A stretch of DNA of 64,000 bases from Octopus bimaculoides. Its lineage: Eukaryota. This document shows positions 13,431-24,700 of this stretch, in pieces (the stretch's first letter is position 1; every line of letters begins with the position of its first letter). The stretch spans positions 93,873,926 to 93,937,925 of the forward strand of contig NC_068987.1 in the NCBI RefSeq assembly GCF_001194135.2, written 5' to 3'. The translations under genes and the position numbers were made by a program. The notes under the pieces were generated by a model. It saw nothing but the letters and a program-made list of their open reading frames with translations, was not told the DNA's origin and did not search any database.

Positions 13431-13896
13431 ACACACACTCACACACACACTCATCGTGCATTACTTATCTGCTATTCTCACCTGTTTATTGCGTTATATC
13501 TGTAGTTATACCTTCCTTCGCTCTTGAGAGTTCCTAATTAGTTATGGAAAACACAGACAAATACAGGTGCATCTAATAACATATAACATAAATCCTTGAC
13601 TTATGAAAATTATCTCTGCTTCTAGATGATTTATCACAATTCCCAAATGGCAATTAATACCGACTCCTTTTTAGAAAGGGAGATAATCTCGAAAGTTAAG
13701 GCGACAAGTCATTAAGAAAAAAGAAAAGGCAAGAGTACAATTAGGGAGACATGTTTCTAGCTTACTAGCCGTCATCAGAAGAACAATTGTCCAACCTGCA
13801 GAAGCCTAGGGGCTTAGACTTATGCAAAAGAGTGTGGAACACATTTTTCGCCAAAGGAATTTGAAGAATTTTAACAAAACTTAGCAGCTAAGACAA

Positions 13897-14115
13897 ATAA
13901 TCCTTTCTACAATAGACACAAGGTCTGAAATTTTCGGGGAAGGGACTAGTCGATTACAGCGCCCCTAGAGTTTCACTGGTACTTAATTTATCGACCCCGA
14001 AAGAATGAAAGGCAAAGTCTACTGCGACGGAATTTGAACTCAGAACGTAGCTACGGGCGAAATACTGTCAAGTATTTCGTCCTGCGTGCTAATGATTCTA
14101 CCAACTCACCGCCTT
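13897..14115 (-). mobile_element. tRNA-derived SINE-B, near full length
   Basis: Homologous to 4340-4555. Minus-strand head AAGGCGGTGAGTTGGTAGAATC and B-box-like GAGTTCAAATTCC. Confidence 0.85.
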
Positions 14116-14522
14116 AGCTATTAAGAGAAATAACGCCGAGTGACCAGTGGCATAATAATCCCAGCATACTTTCACTGGGGCCTTTAATTAATTAAATCTG
14201 TTGCAATGAGAGGAAGGCATGTATGTATGTTTCATAATCATAACCATTTAAACTTATATACAATTTACTTGATCGATGACTGCCTGAGTTCATTTGTTAA
14301 TTAATTAGTACGTATTAATTAATTTTTGTACTGATATATATGTAAGTATTCGTGCATATATGTAAGTATATATATATATATATATATTTATGCACTATTT
14401 TGCGTATATTCTACTGATGAAGGCAAAGCATTTCTTATGCAGAGCCAGAAATCTGGAACCTGCAATTATCCAATAATTTTTTTGCTAGTTCATTTTGTCT
14501 CTTTGTCTTCTCTCCTGGTAGT

Positions 14523-14831
14523 GGAGGTGCAATGGCTCAGTGGTTAGGGCAGCGGACTCACGCTCATAGGATCGCAGTTTCGATTCCTAGACCGGGCGTT
14601 GTGAGTGTTTATTGAGCAAAAACACCTAAAGCTCCACGAGGCTCCAGCAGGGGATGGTGGCGAACCCTGCTGTACTCTTTCACCACAACTTTCTCTCACT
14701 CTTTTTTCCTGTTTCTGTTGTACCTGTAATTCAAAGGTTCAGCCTTGTCACACTGTGCCACGCTGAATATCCCCGAGAACTATGTTAAGGGTACACGTGT
14801 CTGTGGAGTTCTCAGCCACTTGCACGTTAAT
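14523..14831 (+). mobile_element. tRNA-derived SINE-C, truncated by an assembly gap
   Basis: A box TGGCTCAGTGG at 14533-14543 and B box GTTTCGATTCC at 14577-14587. Its tail is shared with copies at 27200 and 30436. Confidence 0.85.
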
Positions 14832-15577
14832 NNNNNNNNNNNNNNNNNNNNNNNNNNNNNNNNNNNNNNNNNNNNNNNNNNNNNNNNNNNNNNNNNNNNN
14901 NNNNNNNNNNNNNNNNNNNNNNNNNNNNNNNNNNNNNNNNNNNNNNNNNNNNNNNNNNNNNNNNNNNNNNNNNNNNNNNNNNNNNNNNNNNNNNNNNNNN
15001 NNNNNNNNNNNNNNNNNNNNNNNNNNNNNNNNNNNNNNNNNNNNNNNNNNNNNNNNNNNNNNNNNNNNNNNNNNNNNNNNNNNNNNNNNNNNNNNNNNNN
15101 NNNNNNNNNNNNNNNNNNNNNNNNNNNNNNNNNNNNNNNNNNNNNNNNNNNNNNNNNNNNNNNNNNNNNNNNNNNNNNNNNNNNNNNNNNNNNNNNNNNN
15201 NNNNNNNNNNNNNNNNNNNNNNNNNNNNNNNNNNNNNNNNNNNNNNNNNNNNNACACGCACACATATATTTAAGTATTTAAAATCACTTTGGCGAAGGAT
15301 ATCGTAACTTGAAACCTAAAGTGTTTGTGGTCTATCCATTTGGCCTATATTTCATTGTTTCTAGTGCAAGGCACTTGTGTAAGAGAACAACACTTCATAT
15401 ATAAAATTCCACGTGCCGGTTGTAGCAACATTTTTTTTTCTAGCGGACGTAAAGATTCGGTGTTTATTAACTACAAACAGACGGCAGACTCTTCACCAAG
15501 GAACCACACATGACTGAGACAATAAAATACTGTCACTTCCGTATTTTCTCTGTTCGTGAGGTTACAAAATTGTACCA

Positions 15578-15616
<39 letters not shown>

Positions 15617-16299
15617 GTCTGTGTTTCTCTGTGTGTGCATATATTTATGTGTGTACGACCATATGTGCTCAAACATGCATATATAGACACATATATTATA
15701 AATATATATATATATATAAGTATGTATGTATGTATACATGTATGTATGTATGTATGCATGTATGTATAAGCGTGCGTTTTTTTTATGTTTATCCATGATA
15801 AAACAATCTTGCATTAGGCTGTTGACTCTTACATTTCACACGATATGTAAGAGAGTTTTTTTCCCCCCTTTTTTTGCATCCTAGGGTTCATCTGGAACAC
15901 ATTTTACCCAACAGATTTTGTGCTGTTCTCAATTTAGACACCGACCTTGCTCACATGGCTCAGAGAAGCATATTCTCGGTTTTTAGATTCTGAAACATAT
16001 CCCCCACACCCACACCCATACACACATGCACACACGCACAGACTCACGCGTGGACGCGAGCGCGCGCTGGCAATCGCATGCACAAGTACGCGCGCACAAA
16101 CTTTGCCCATCACGCGTGCGCACACCCGTTGTTGTTCATGTTTTGCTACCGTTGTAGTTATTGTTGCTATTGTTGTTGCTGTAACTGTTATCCCATAGTT
16201 TGCCCGAATCTGTTACATTCGGAATCCACGTCCTCGACACGGGGTCACAGCTACTTTCCACAGATATCGAGGACCTGTTTTACAATCCTTACTGTTCCC

Positions 16300-16651
16300 A
16301 TTAGAGTATGCTGAGACCCCTTCGGTCATGACTGACCATGGGATTGTACCAAGAAAGCTACCCTCCCAGGCACAAGTCCAAGCAAGGTGGTTTATGGAAG
16401 ACCAGCAGTCAGCCATGCTTACCAGCCTCCCCCGTCTCCACGTCACCAGTATTATCCAAGGGAAAGGCAAAGGGGCCGATACAGTTTGGCACCTGTGACG
16501 TCGCAATTCATTTCTACAGCTGAGTGAACTGGAGCAACGTGAAATAAAGTGTCTTGCTCAAGAACACAACACGCAGCCCAGTCCGGGAGTCAAACTCACA
16601 ACCTCACGATCACAAACTCGACGCTCTAACCACTGAGCCATGCGCCTTCAC
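16300..16651 (-). mobile_element. tRNA-derived SINE with a CORE-like body and a distinct tail
   Basis: Head and body (GCTGAGTGAACTGGAGCAACGTGAAATAAAGTGTCTTGCTCAAG) are nearly identical to 30635-30680. A box on the minus strand at 16630-16640. Confidence 0.8.
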
Positions 16652-16965
16652 ATCAATTAGAGTAGATTTCTAAATTAATGGAACTCATGTAGTTACACTA
16701 ATCTTAATCAGGGACCTGTTAAGTTTGTAGCTAACCTTCCCTAGGCTACCTTGAAATTCCCGCTAACGCAGTCTTGAGGCCAGAACCAAAACAATTCCCT
16801 TTGTTTATAAAATAAATCACATTCGTTGATGTAGCTTTGGGCCGTTGCTTCAGTATTTCTTAGTTGGTTTGCCTGTGGCTTTATCGGTTTGGTGCTCCTT
16901 TTTCTTCTATTGATGGCGAATGGGCGGAGTTTTAATATGATTTTGTTGTTTTATATCTATTATTA

Positions 16966-17156
16966 TTTTCTTTTACTTGTTTCAATCATTTGACTGCGGC
17001 CATGCTGGAGCACCGCCTTTAGTCGAGCCAATCGATCCCAGGACATATTCTTTGTAAGCCTAGATTTTATTCCATCCGTTTCTTTTGCCGAACCGCTAAG
17101 TTTCGGTGACGTAAACGCACCAGCATCGGTTGCCAAGCGATGTTGGAGGTGGGAAT

Positions 17157-17198
<42 letters not shown>

Positions 17199-17435
17199 AC
17201 GCACGCACACACACNNNNNNNNNNNNNNNNNNNNNNNNNNNNNNNNNNNNNNNNNNNNNNNNNNNNNNNNNNNNNNNNNNNNNNNNNNNNNNNNNNNNNN
17301 NNNNNNNNNNNNNNNNNNNNNNNNNNNNNNNNNNNNNNNNNNNNNNNNNNNNNNNNNNNNNNNNNNNNNNNNNNNNNNNNNNNNNNNNNNNNNNNNNNNN
17401 NNNNNNNNNNNNNNNNNNNNNNNNNNNNNNNNNNN

Positions 17436-17466
<31 letters not shown>

Positions 17467-17621
17467 TAAATATATATATACGACGAACTCCTTTCAGTTT
17501 CCATATACCAAATCCACTGACATGGCTGGGGTAAGCCCGAGGCTATAGTAGAAGACACTCGCCCAAGGTGCCACGCAGTGGGACTGAACCCGGAACCATG
17601 AGGTTGGGAAGCAAGCTACTT
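16966..17621 (-). mobile_element. SINE-A, 3' part of a copy split by the Tx1 insertion (internal (TG)n and N-gap)
   Basis: 17481-17621 aligns with the intact SINE-A at 31770-31911. B box GGTTCAGTCCC on the minus strand at 17580-17590. The tail is homologous to 26640-26830. Confidence 0.9.
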
Positions 17622-17879
17622 TATTTCATAAATATTTGCCATAAAGGCATTACAAAGAGGGGACGAACAAGGACAGACAAACATAAAAGGATGAAGTAGC
17701 TGTAGTGATTAAAAAATTAACGATTTATAAATACAATAATTTGATTATATTTACAATGTTCGATTAAAGCATTGCTCATTACAGATGCAATTTGTAATGG
17801 CTTTCCTGAAGGATAGGCTTCCGACCACCAGGGTAGACCCCTTGCTTTTTCTTTCCTTTTTTTTTGTTTTGCCTTCCAC

Positions 17880-20542
17880 TTACCTGGTGCCAAACACTCC
17901 CAGCTTCCTCGCCACAGGTTTCCATCTTCTCATGAATCTGTCTCGTGACAGATACCTCTTCTCCAGCCTGATCTTACTACTGAGGTAGTAACAAAAAAAG
18001 TTAACTAACCCCTGGCCAGATACAAAGGTATCCGTCACTATGCCTCTTACNNNNNNNNNNNNNNNNNNNNNNNNNNNNNNNNNNNNNNNNNNNNNNNNNN
18101 NNNNNNNNNNNNNNNNNNNNNNNNNNNNNNNNNNNNNNNNNNNNNNNNNNNNNNNNNNNNNNNNNNNNNNNNNNNNNNNNNNNNNNNNNNNNNNNNNNNN
18201 NNNNNNNNNNNNNNNNNNNNNNNNNNNNNNNNNNNNNNNNNNNNNNNNNNNNNNNNNNNNNNNNNNNNNNNNNNNNNNNNNNNNNNNNNNNNNNNNNNNN
18301 NNNNNNNNNNNNNNNNNNNNNNNNNNNNNNNNNNNNNNNNNNNNNNNNNNNNNNNNNNNNNNNNNNNNNNNNNNNNNNNNNNNNNNNNNNNNNNNNNNNN
18401 NNNNNNNNNNNNNNNNNNNNNNNNNNNNNNNNNNNNNNNNNNNNNNNNNNNNNNNNNNNNNNNNNNNNNNNNNNNNNNNNNNNNNNNNNNNNNNNNNNNN
18501 NNNNNNNNNNNNNNNNNNNNNNNNNNNNNNNNNNNCCGAGAGAGTAGCTGAAGTGCTTAGTGGCACTCCAATTGCCAGTCCCCCAGCGTAGATCTCTGCT
18601 TGATCCAATTACCGATGTCCGTTAAGGACGTTAATTTCGGGAGGTAGAACCGGACGTGCGGTGACCACACCTGCTCTCCATCCAGGTAGAGCCAGAGGTG
18701 CTTCAGCCTTAACGCGAATTTTCGCATCCTCAGCCAAGGCATCTCTAGCCCACCCTTCAGCGGTTTCTGGCAGCAGACAGAGCGCTTCACAAGTGGCTTC
18801 CCTCCCTTCCAAAAAAGCGGAAAAGGATTCTTTCCAACTTGTTCATCCACAAATTTGGGCACGGCACCACGGTCAGATAGTAGGTGATAACCGATGCTAT
18901 AAACATTTGCACCGGGATAGCACACGTTTGCGCTTCCCCGACAAGTTTGTCCACGACCCACGCCAACCTTTTCTCTAGCACCTTGACCAAAATCTTTAAC
19001 TCTGTGTTCAGCAGAGTTATGGGCCTGAAGTTCCCTATTTCGTCCCCCTTGCTCGGGTCCTTCCTAATCAACGTCACCACCCACCGCCTCGCAGACTTGG
19101 CAATTCTCCCATCCTGCTGCCAATTGGCATAGACGCTGGCCAGCAGGCGCACGAACAGGTCTGGCATACTGTTGTAGAATTGGTAAGGCAGACGATCAAG
19201 ACCCGGCGACTTCTCCCCAGGGCATTCACCTAGTACCTCGATCACCTCCTCGGTCGTGATCGGCCCCTCACAGCATTCCTCCTCTCGGGCCGAGAGACGC
19301 GGACCACCAGACAAGAAGTCCCTAAGGGCCTCGCCATGATACAGCGCCCCACCACTCCTGAACAACTCGGCAACGTGCTTGTGAAGCGCCTTGCACATCT
19401 CGTCCCGTCCATCGACCGAACACATATTATCATCGACAAGAGACCTAATTGTGGCATCATTGCCACGCTGGGTTTCTACCGTAAGGGCCCATCCGGCAAC
19501 ATTAATTCCCTCACGGCCCAATGCGCGCACTTTAGCCCAAACTCTGCACCCCTCCTGTTTGGCTTTGAGGTGACGGTCCATGGCCGGTCTCGCTGCCAAA
19601 ATGTGAGATGCAGAGCCCAACCTCAACGCCTCCTCTAGGTCCTTAACTAGTTGCCCTTCTAGTCTAGCCTTATCTAATCTTAGCTGACGGCCAAACCTAA
19701 TAGACTCAAAACGAATGGCTCTCTTAAGAGCGAGCCACCATCGGTTGTTAACCACACCACCGGTTAACGCCCTCTGTACTAACCCCTTAATCCGGCTGCG
19801 GTATGCCTCGCAAGTCAAAATCCTCTCTTAACTATACTATCAACGTCCAGTGTACACTTGACCATTCTATGGTCAGTGTAAGCTACTTGAACGAGCTCTG
19901 GACAGCTAAAACTAGGCTTATCTCGAATGCTTATCACTATTCTAAGTAAGATTTGAACCTTCCGTCGCCACTCATCCAGGTCCACGCTTGGACGTTCGGA
20001 TGGGCAAGTCTGTAACGATCTGCCAGCTGAAAAGGCTTAAGCAGATCTACGAGACGTGAATTTACTTTCCTATGGATCGAGTCAAAGCTATCGATGCGCG
20101 CATCAACGATAGCATTATAGTCTCCTAACACCACTAATGTTTTCGACGTCACGAGAAAGTTCTCTAGGCGCCGATAAAAATCAGTTTGAAATCCTCTAGC
20201 ACAAGGTGCATAGATCCCGATCAACCTGAAGGCCTTACTGTTGTATGTCACATCAAAGACGACGAACCCACCTTCTGGGTCTACATAGACTTTACTTGTC
20301 TGCAGAGCCAAGCCTTTTCGAACCAGTACTACTACACCCCAACGCCCTCCGGTCCAGCTAGAAGACATGATTTTCTCGTAGTCATTCAGGAGAAGCGAGA
20401 AGGCTTGTAGACTGTCCAGCTTGGTCTCTGTAGCAACCATCACATGCATGTCGTGTGATCTGAGGTCGTCGAGGAAACAAGCTTGCTTCCACTTCGAGCT
20501 AAGACCACGCACATTCAAACACCCAAGGTTAAGTGTAGTCAT
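17880..20542 (-). pseudogene. Tx1-like ORF2 (APE endonuclease, partial reverse transcriptase, C-terminal domain)
   Basis: APE motifs: LNVRGL, ATETK, IGIYAP, VLGDYNA, SYL, and TDH after a frameshift. RT N-part: KSPGLDRLP..NFRPITLLNTELKILVKVL..QTCAIP. Post-RT: GGLEMPWL..ALRLKHLW. Terminus KIRLEKRYLSRDRFMRRW, stop at 17880. Frameshifts near 19937 and 18790; premature stop at 18557. Confidence 0.9.
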
Positions 20543-20571
20543 TCAAAACAAAAGAAAAGCAAGGGTTCTAC

Positions 20572-21160
20572 TTACTCTTTGACTTTTCCTTTTGTTGGTG
20601 ATGTTGGGGCTGACCTCACCACGTGTGAGGCAGCCCTTTCCTCCTGCTCCTTCAAAAACTCCTTCAAATACCGCGGAAGGTCCGGAATGCTCTTGATGGT
20701 TTTCGGATGCCTGTCGTTCATTTCCATGAACAGTTGTTCGCTTATCCACGCACAACTCTCTTCCGTGCCTTCCGGCTGCTGCAACAGCACTGAGTACTTT
20801 TGGGCTTTTTCGGCCGTCTCAAATCTAGCATCTATTGTTCCATATGCCCGACCCCTCACTATGTACTTTTTGTCTTTGCATATAGGGGCCAAGCATTTTT
20901 TCTATTTCGTACGTTTCGAAGTGCTTGAATTTTTTCGATGTAGGACAGCACGTTTTGTAAACGACTATCCTTCTCTTCATATTGTCAATACTAGAGGAGG
21001 GTGAGATCTTTATATCCCCACCTTCCTCTTTCATTCTTTCAAAAAGCTCGGAGAGCTTCTCCGTTTCTAACATCACGTTTTCACGTGATACAGCGGCTAC
21101 TGCCGAAAACTTTTTTGCTGGCTCATCCAGCGGTTTTGCTTGAATTATTTCGAGCGCCAT
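20572..21160 (-). pseudogene. Tx1-like ORF1 (one frameshift near 20892)
   Basis: ATG at 21160. Two overlapping ORFs join at EKML/APICKDKK. YIVRGRAYGTIDARFETAEKAQKY resembles an RRM-like ORF1 segment. The stop lies 30 nt before the ORF2 ATG. Confidence 0.7.
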
Positions 21161-21189
21161 ACTCGGTCGAAATCAATTCTTACACACAA

Positions 21190-21760
21190 AAATGTTCAAT
21201 TCTTTTCCCTAAAAACGGGAAACCTGTTTTATCGTCTAAAAGAGGATACCAGTTCAAATCCTACTCCTCGTTGGGGGTGGGGTGTGTAGAAGTAGTAAAG
21301 CCTGTAATGCGCTCACTTTTTCTAAAACGGGAAACCTATAATCTGTTTTTCTTTTCTCCCTCTTAATGGGGCAATAGTTCAAATTCAGCGGCTTAAGTTC
21401 AATTTCCCACACAATACAGAACACATAAAAGACGGGAAACCTATATTTTTTTGTTTTTTCCTCTTAAAGAGGATACCAGTTCAAATCCTACCACAAGCTT
21501 ATTTTTTGAAAACGGGAAACCTATAATCTGTTTTTTCCCCCCTCCTCTTAATGACGAATATAGTTCAAATAATAAGCCTACAACGGCTGAAGTTCGATTT
21601 CCCCCACAGCACAGAACTCATTAAAGACGGAAAACCTATATTGTGTTACTTCCTCTTAACGAGGATACCAGTTCAAAAACAAATAACAGTTCAGATGCCA
21701 CCCCCGCTGGGGGGGGGGGGGCGCAACGATAAGCCTACAACGGCTTTAAAATGTTCAATA
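21190..21760 (-). repeat. Tandem monomer array in the Tx1 5' UTR (~185-217 bp dimeric unit, ~2.5 copies)
   Basis: ACGG(G/A)AAACCT at 21215, 21327, 21432, 21512 and 21627. GAGGATACCAGTTCAAA follows the 1st, 3rd and 5th copies. Confidence 0.85.
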
Positions 21761-21966
21761 TTTAGCATACAATGATTCCAAAATGGCTTTACCCAGACAA
21801 TTCCTTTCTCCCGTCACTGGGGAAAGGCACAAATAATGTCAACATTTCAACAATTTAACAATTTTGGACAATTCGAAAATGTTTGACACGTTAGCAATAA
21901 TTTCAACAACAATCCAATTTTGAACAAAACGTTCCACTCACCAAAAACACGTCCGACAACGACAGA

Positions 21967-22004
21967 GGGAGGCAAGCTGTTTACCACACAGCCACTCCAG
22001 TGCC
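21967..22004 (-). mobile_element. SINE-A 5' head (A box) separated from its body by the Tx1 insertion
   Basis: Minus strand GGCACTGGAGTGGCTGTGTGGTAAACAGCTTGC; compare the intact heads at 31896-31924 and 55690-55717. Confidence 0.85.
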
Positions 22005-22244
22005 TATATTTGTATAATTAGTTAATTTCTCTGGTGATCTACTGAAAGCTATTTGCTCATTTTGGTGAAATGTATTTTGAGATGCATTCTATTGTGTTTG
22101 TCGATATTTATTGTTTGGTGGGATGGATTCATCGGCGAGAATTCTGTCATATAAGTGTTTTTGTAGATGGGAGTACATGTGTTTCCATGAGTTTATATAT
22201 CTGTATATCAACTCGAAGGTTTGTATATTTATTTACTTGTGGAG

Positions 22245-22460
22245 GCTGATTGTTAAGTGGTTCGGGTGTGGCACTAAAGATTCTAAAATCATAGTTTCAG
22301 GTCCTGGACCAGTTGAGTCATTGTGTTCTTGAGCAAAGCATTCCATTGTACCCCGCTTCTGTCCATTTGACACGCCAAAATGAGTTAATCCGACGAGGGA
22401 CCGGTGTCTCGTCTCCTTAGGTGGAACATAAACACCACAGAATCCAAAAAAGTAGCGGGC
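22245..22460 (+). mobile_element. Diverged tRNA-derived CORE-like SINE
   Basis: Degenerate head followed by TTGTGTTCTTGAGCAAAGCA, the reverse complement of the CORE-like body at 16550/30665. Confidence 0.5.
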
Positions 22461-22907
22461 TTACGAGCCCTTGTCTCGGGAAGGACCTCTGATTCTATTC
22501 GTTTTCATTTGCATACATATAGACTTATATATTTGTGTATCTATGCTTATACACATATTAAGTGGGGTATGTGTGCATATGTACGCTTATATAGATCGAT
22601 GTGTGCGTGAGACCATATAGTTTTGAAGATTTCTGGGAGGAGAAGTCAATCTTAAGAATTCATCCAAAGCATGTATTAAGAGATCTTGCTGTTTTCTGTC
22701 TTTCATTCGCCACACTTCATTTCCAGTTCCTAAATATGGAGGTAAAAGTACGAAACATCGAAGCATCATCGAAGCATCATCTTATAACAGTAATTACAGC
22801 AGGATGCACATGACTGATTGCAGTTGGACTCAAACTTGGCTCTTTGAATCAATTTTCACTTTCGGTTTGGCGGCCTATTCGATTAAATATATAAACACAT
22901 ACACAGA

Positions 22908-22949
<42 letters not shown>

Positions 22950-23816
22950 TGCACGCACGCACGCACACTATACAAATATATATAATTTTGTTCCACGCAC
23001 CTTAGCATCTAATTTGAAGACTTTATGGAGAGATATGAACAGATACGCATGCAAGATATAAAACATGACATCAACATGCATACAAAGTCACTAACTTCTA
23101 GACGCTCTTCAGTACAAAAACAAAACACATACACACACAGGCCTTACCACCACCACCACCACTACTATTACCATCACCATCATCATCACCATTACTATTA
23201 TCATCACCATCAACTCCGACACCATCACCATCATCACCACCATCGGCTCTTTTAACCAACAAAAAGCTTTAACAACCCGCCCAACTTACAGCTGTCTCTT
23301 AGGAAACAGCATCTCACTCGTTGCCAGAGATTGGAGGGTTCGCTCTAATTCCCATCGGCAGCGGGGGTTGGGCGGACACACAGAGAGTCCCCTTCTTGCC
23401 TCCTCCTCCTCCTCATACAACATGATAATATCTTACAATGTCATGGCTATACACATATATATTTATCTGTCATCAATGTTTCACTATACAACTGCTTATC
23501 ATTTATCTCCATGACATATGCATTATATGCCTCTACATGCACGCGAGTGCGTGTGAGTGTGTGTGTGAGTGTTTGTATATGTGTGTGTGTGTGTATAATG
23601 AGAGAAAAGTGTGTGTCTGTATGTATTTATGTAGACATGCATAAAAACAGCAGAGTGGGGTTGAAGGTGGAGCGCGGCTTAAACTGTGACGACTCAAACA
23701 AACAAAGAAAAATATCTCCTTTCGTATGACAGGACGTAGTATACGTTCACATACAAGGAGTGCGTGTGTATGTGTGGCTTATCTTAATGTATATGTTCAT
23801 ATGCGCTTGTTAGTGT

Positions 23817-23853
<37 letters not shown>

Positions 23854-24231
23854 AGCTTAAATAGACATCCTTATATGCAAAACTGTACATGATTGTGTGT
23901 GTGTGCGTATATTTTGTGACTGAGTTGGTTAATGTGTATATATGTATCTCTGCAATTATAAACACCTACGTTGCGGAGTGCGCTCATGTGTATGTATGTG
24001 TGCCTGTAGATGTGTGTATGTGTGGTTGTGCTAAGTTTATATGTCAATGAATAAATATTTTGCGAGTTTATTTGATCCTAGCATATATGGATGTATATAT
24101 GGGTGTATATGTAGATAAATATAAACATAGGAAATGTTGTTTAAAGTCCATTTCAATGTGTTAAATGTGACTGCGCCAATGTGTGCACTTATATGTCGAT
24201 GTTGTGCTTTTCTCTGCGTGCAGCATATTCT

Positions 24232-24282
<51 letters not shown>

Positions 24283-24700
24283 ATTATAAAATCTACGAAC
24301 CTTGTGGAATACAGCTACTCATGATGTCTTGGTCGAAATATTAATTCATGTCGCTATGTATCAAGTTATTAAAGGCAACCAGACGGCTTGTTAACTGAGT
24401 TTGGTGCAGTTGACGTTTGAAAAAAAATGTGCGTTTAGAAAAAGATAGAGAGAAAAACACGGGATAGATAATCAACACCACAGCAAACATAGCTAATGTC
24501 TTACGGATATCAAAATTACATGGGCCAGAGTGGAATGGTTTATGATGTGCCCGGTGTTCTATCTTTACTTGTCGCTAAGAAGCATTTTTCAAAATGCAGA
24601 CATAAAGAAAAGAGCGCGTTCCTGGAATTTGCAGTCACAGTTTTCGAGGGGAAGTATCAGACATTTTATTGACCCGATAATATAGAGTTAGGTCCATCAT

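Larger units (their letters stand above)
17622..21966 (-). mobile_element. Tx1/L1-clade non-LTR retrotransposon, both ends present, internally deleted and frameshifted
   Basis: Contains ORF1, APE and RT remnants in colinear order. Flanked by GGGAAGCAAGCTACTT (17606-17621) and GGGAGGCAAGCTGTTT (21967-21982). N-gap at 18051-18535. Confidence 0.92.

Noticed and set aside
14523-14600. tRNA-like sequence as a true tRNA gene
   Set aside because: It continues into a repeat body and tail shared with other copies, so it is a SINE head.
21242-21680. GTTCAAATCC motifs as tRNA genes
   Set aside because: No T-stem pairing, acceptor stem or A box; they belong to the Tx1 5' UTR monomers.
21190-21760. CRISPR-like array
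   Set aside because: Eukaryotic context, spacers homologous to each other, no cas genes.
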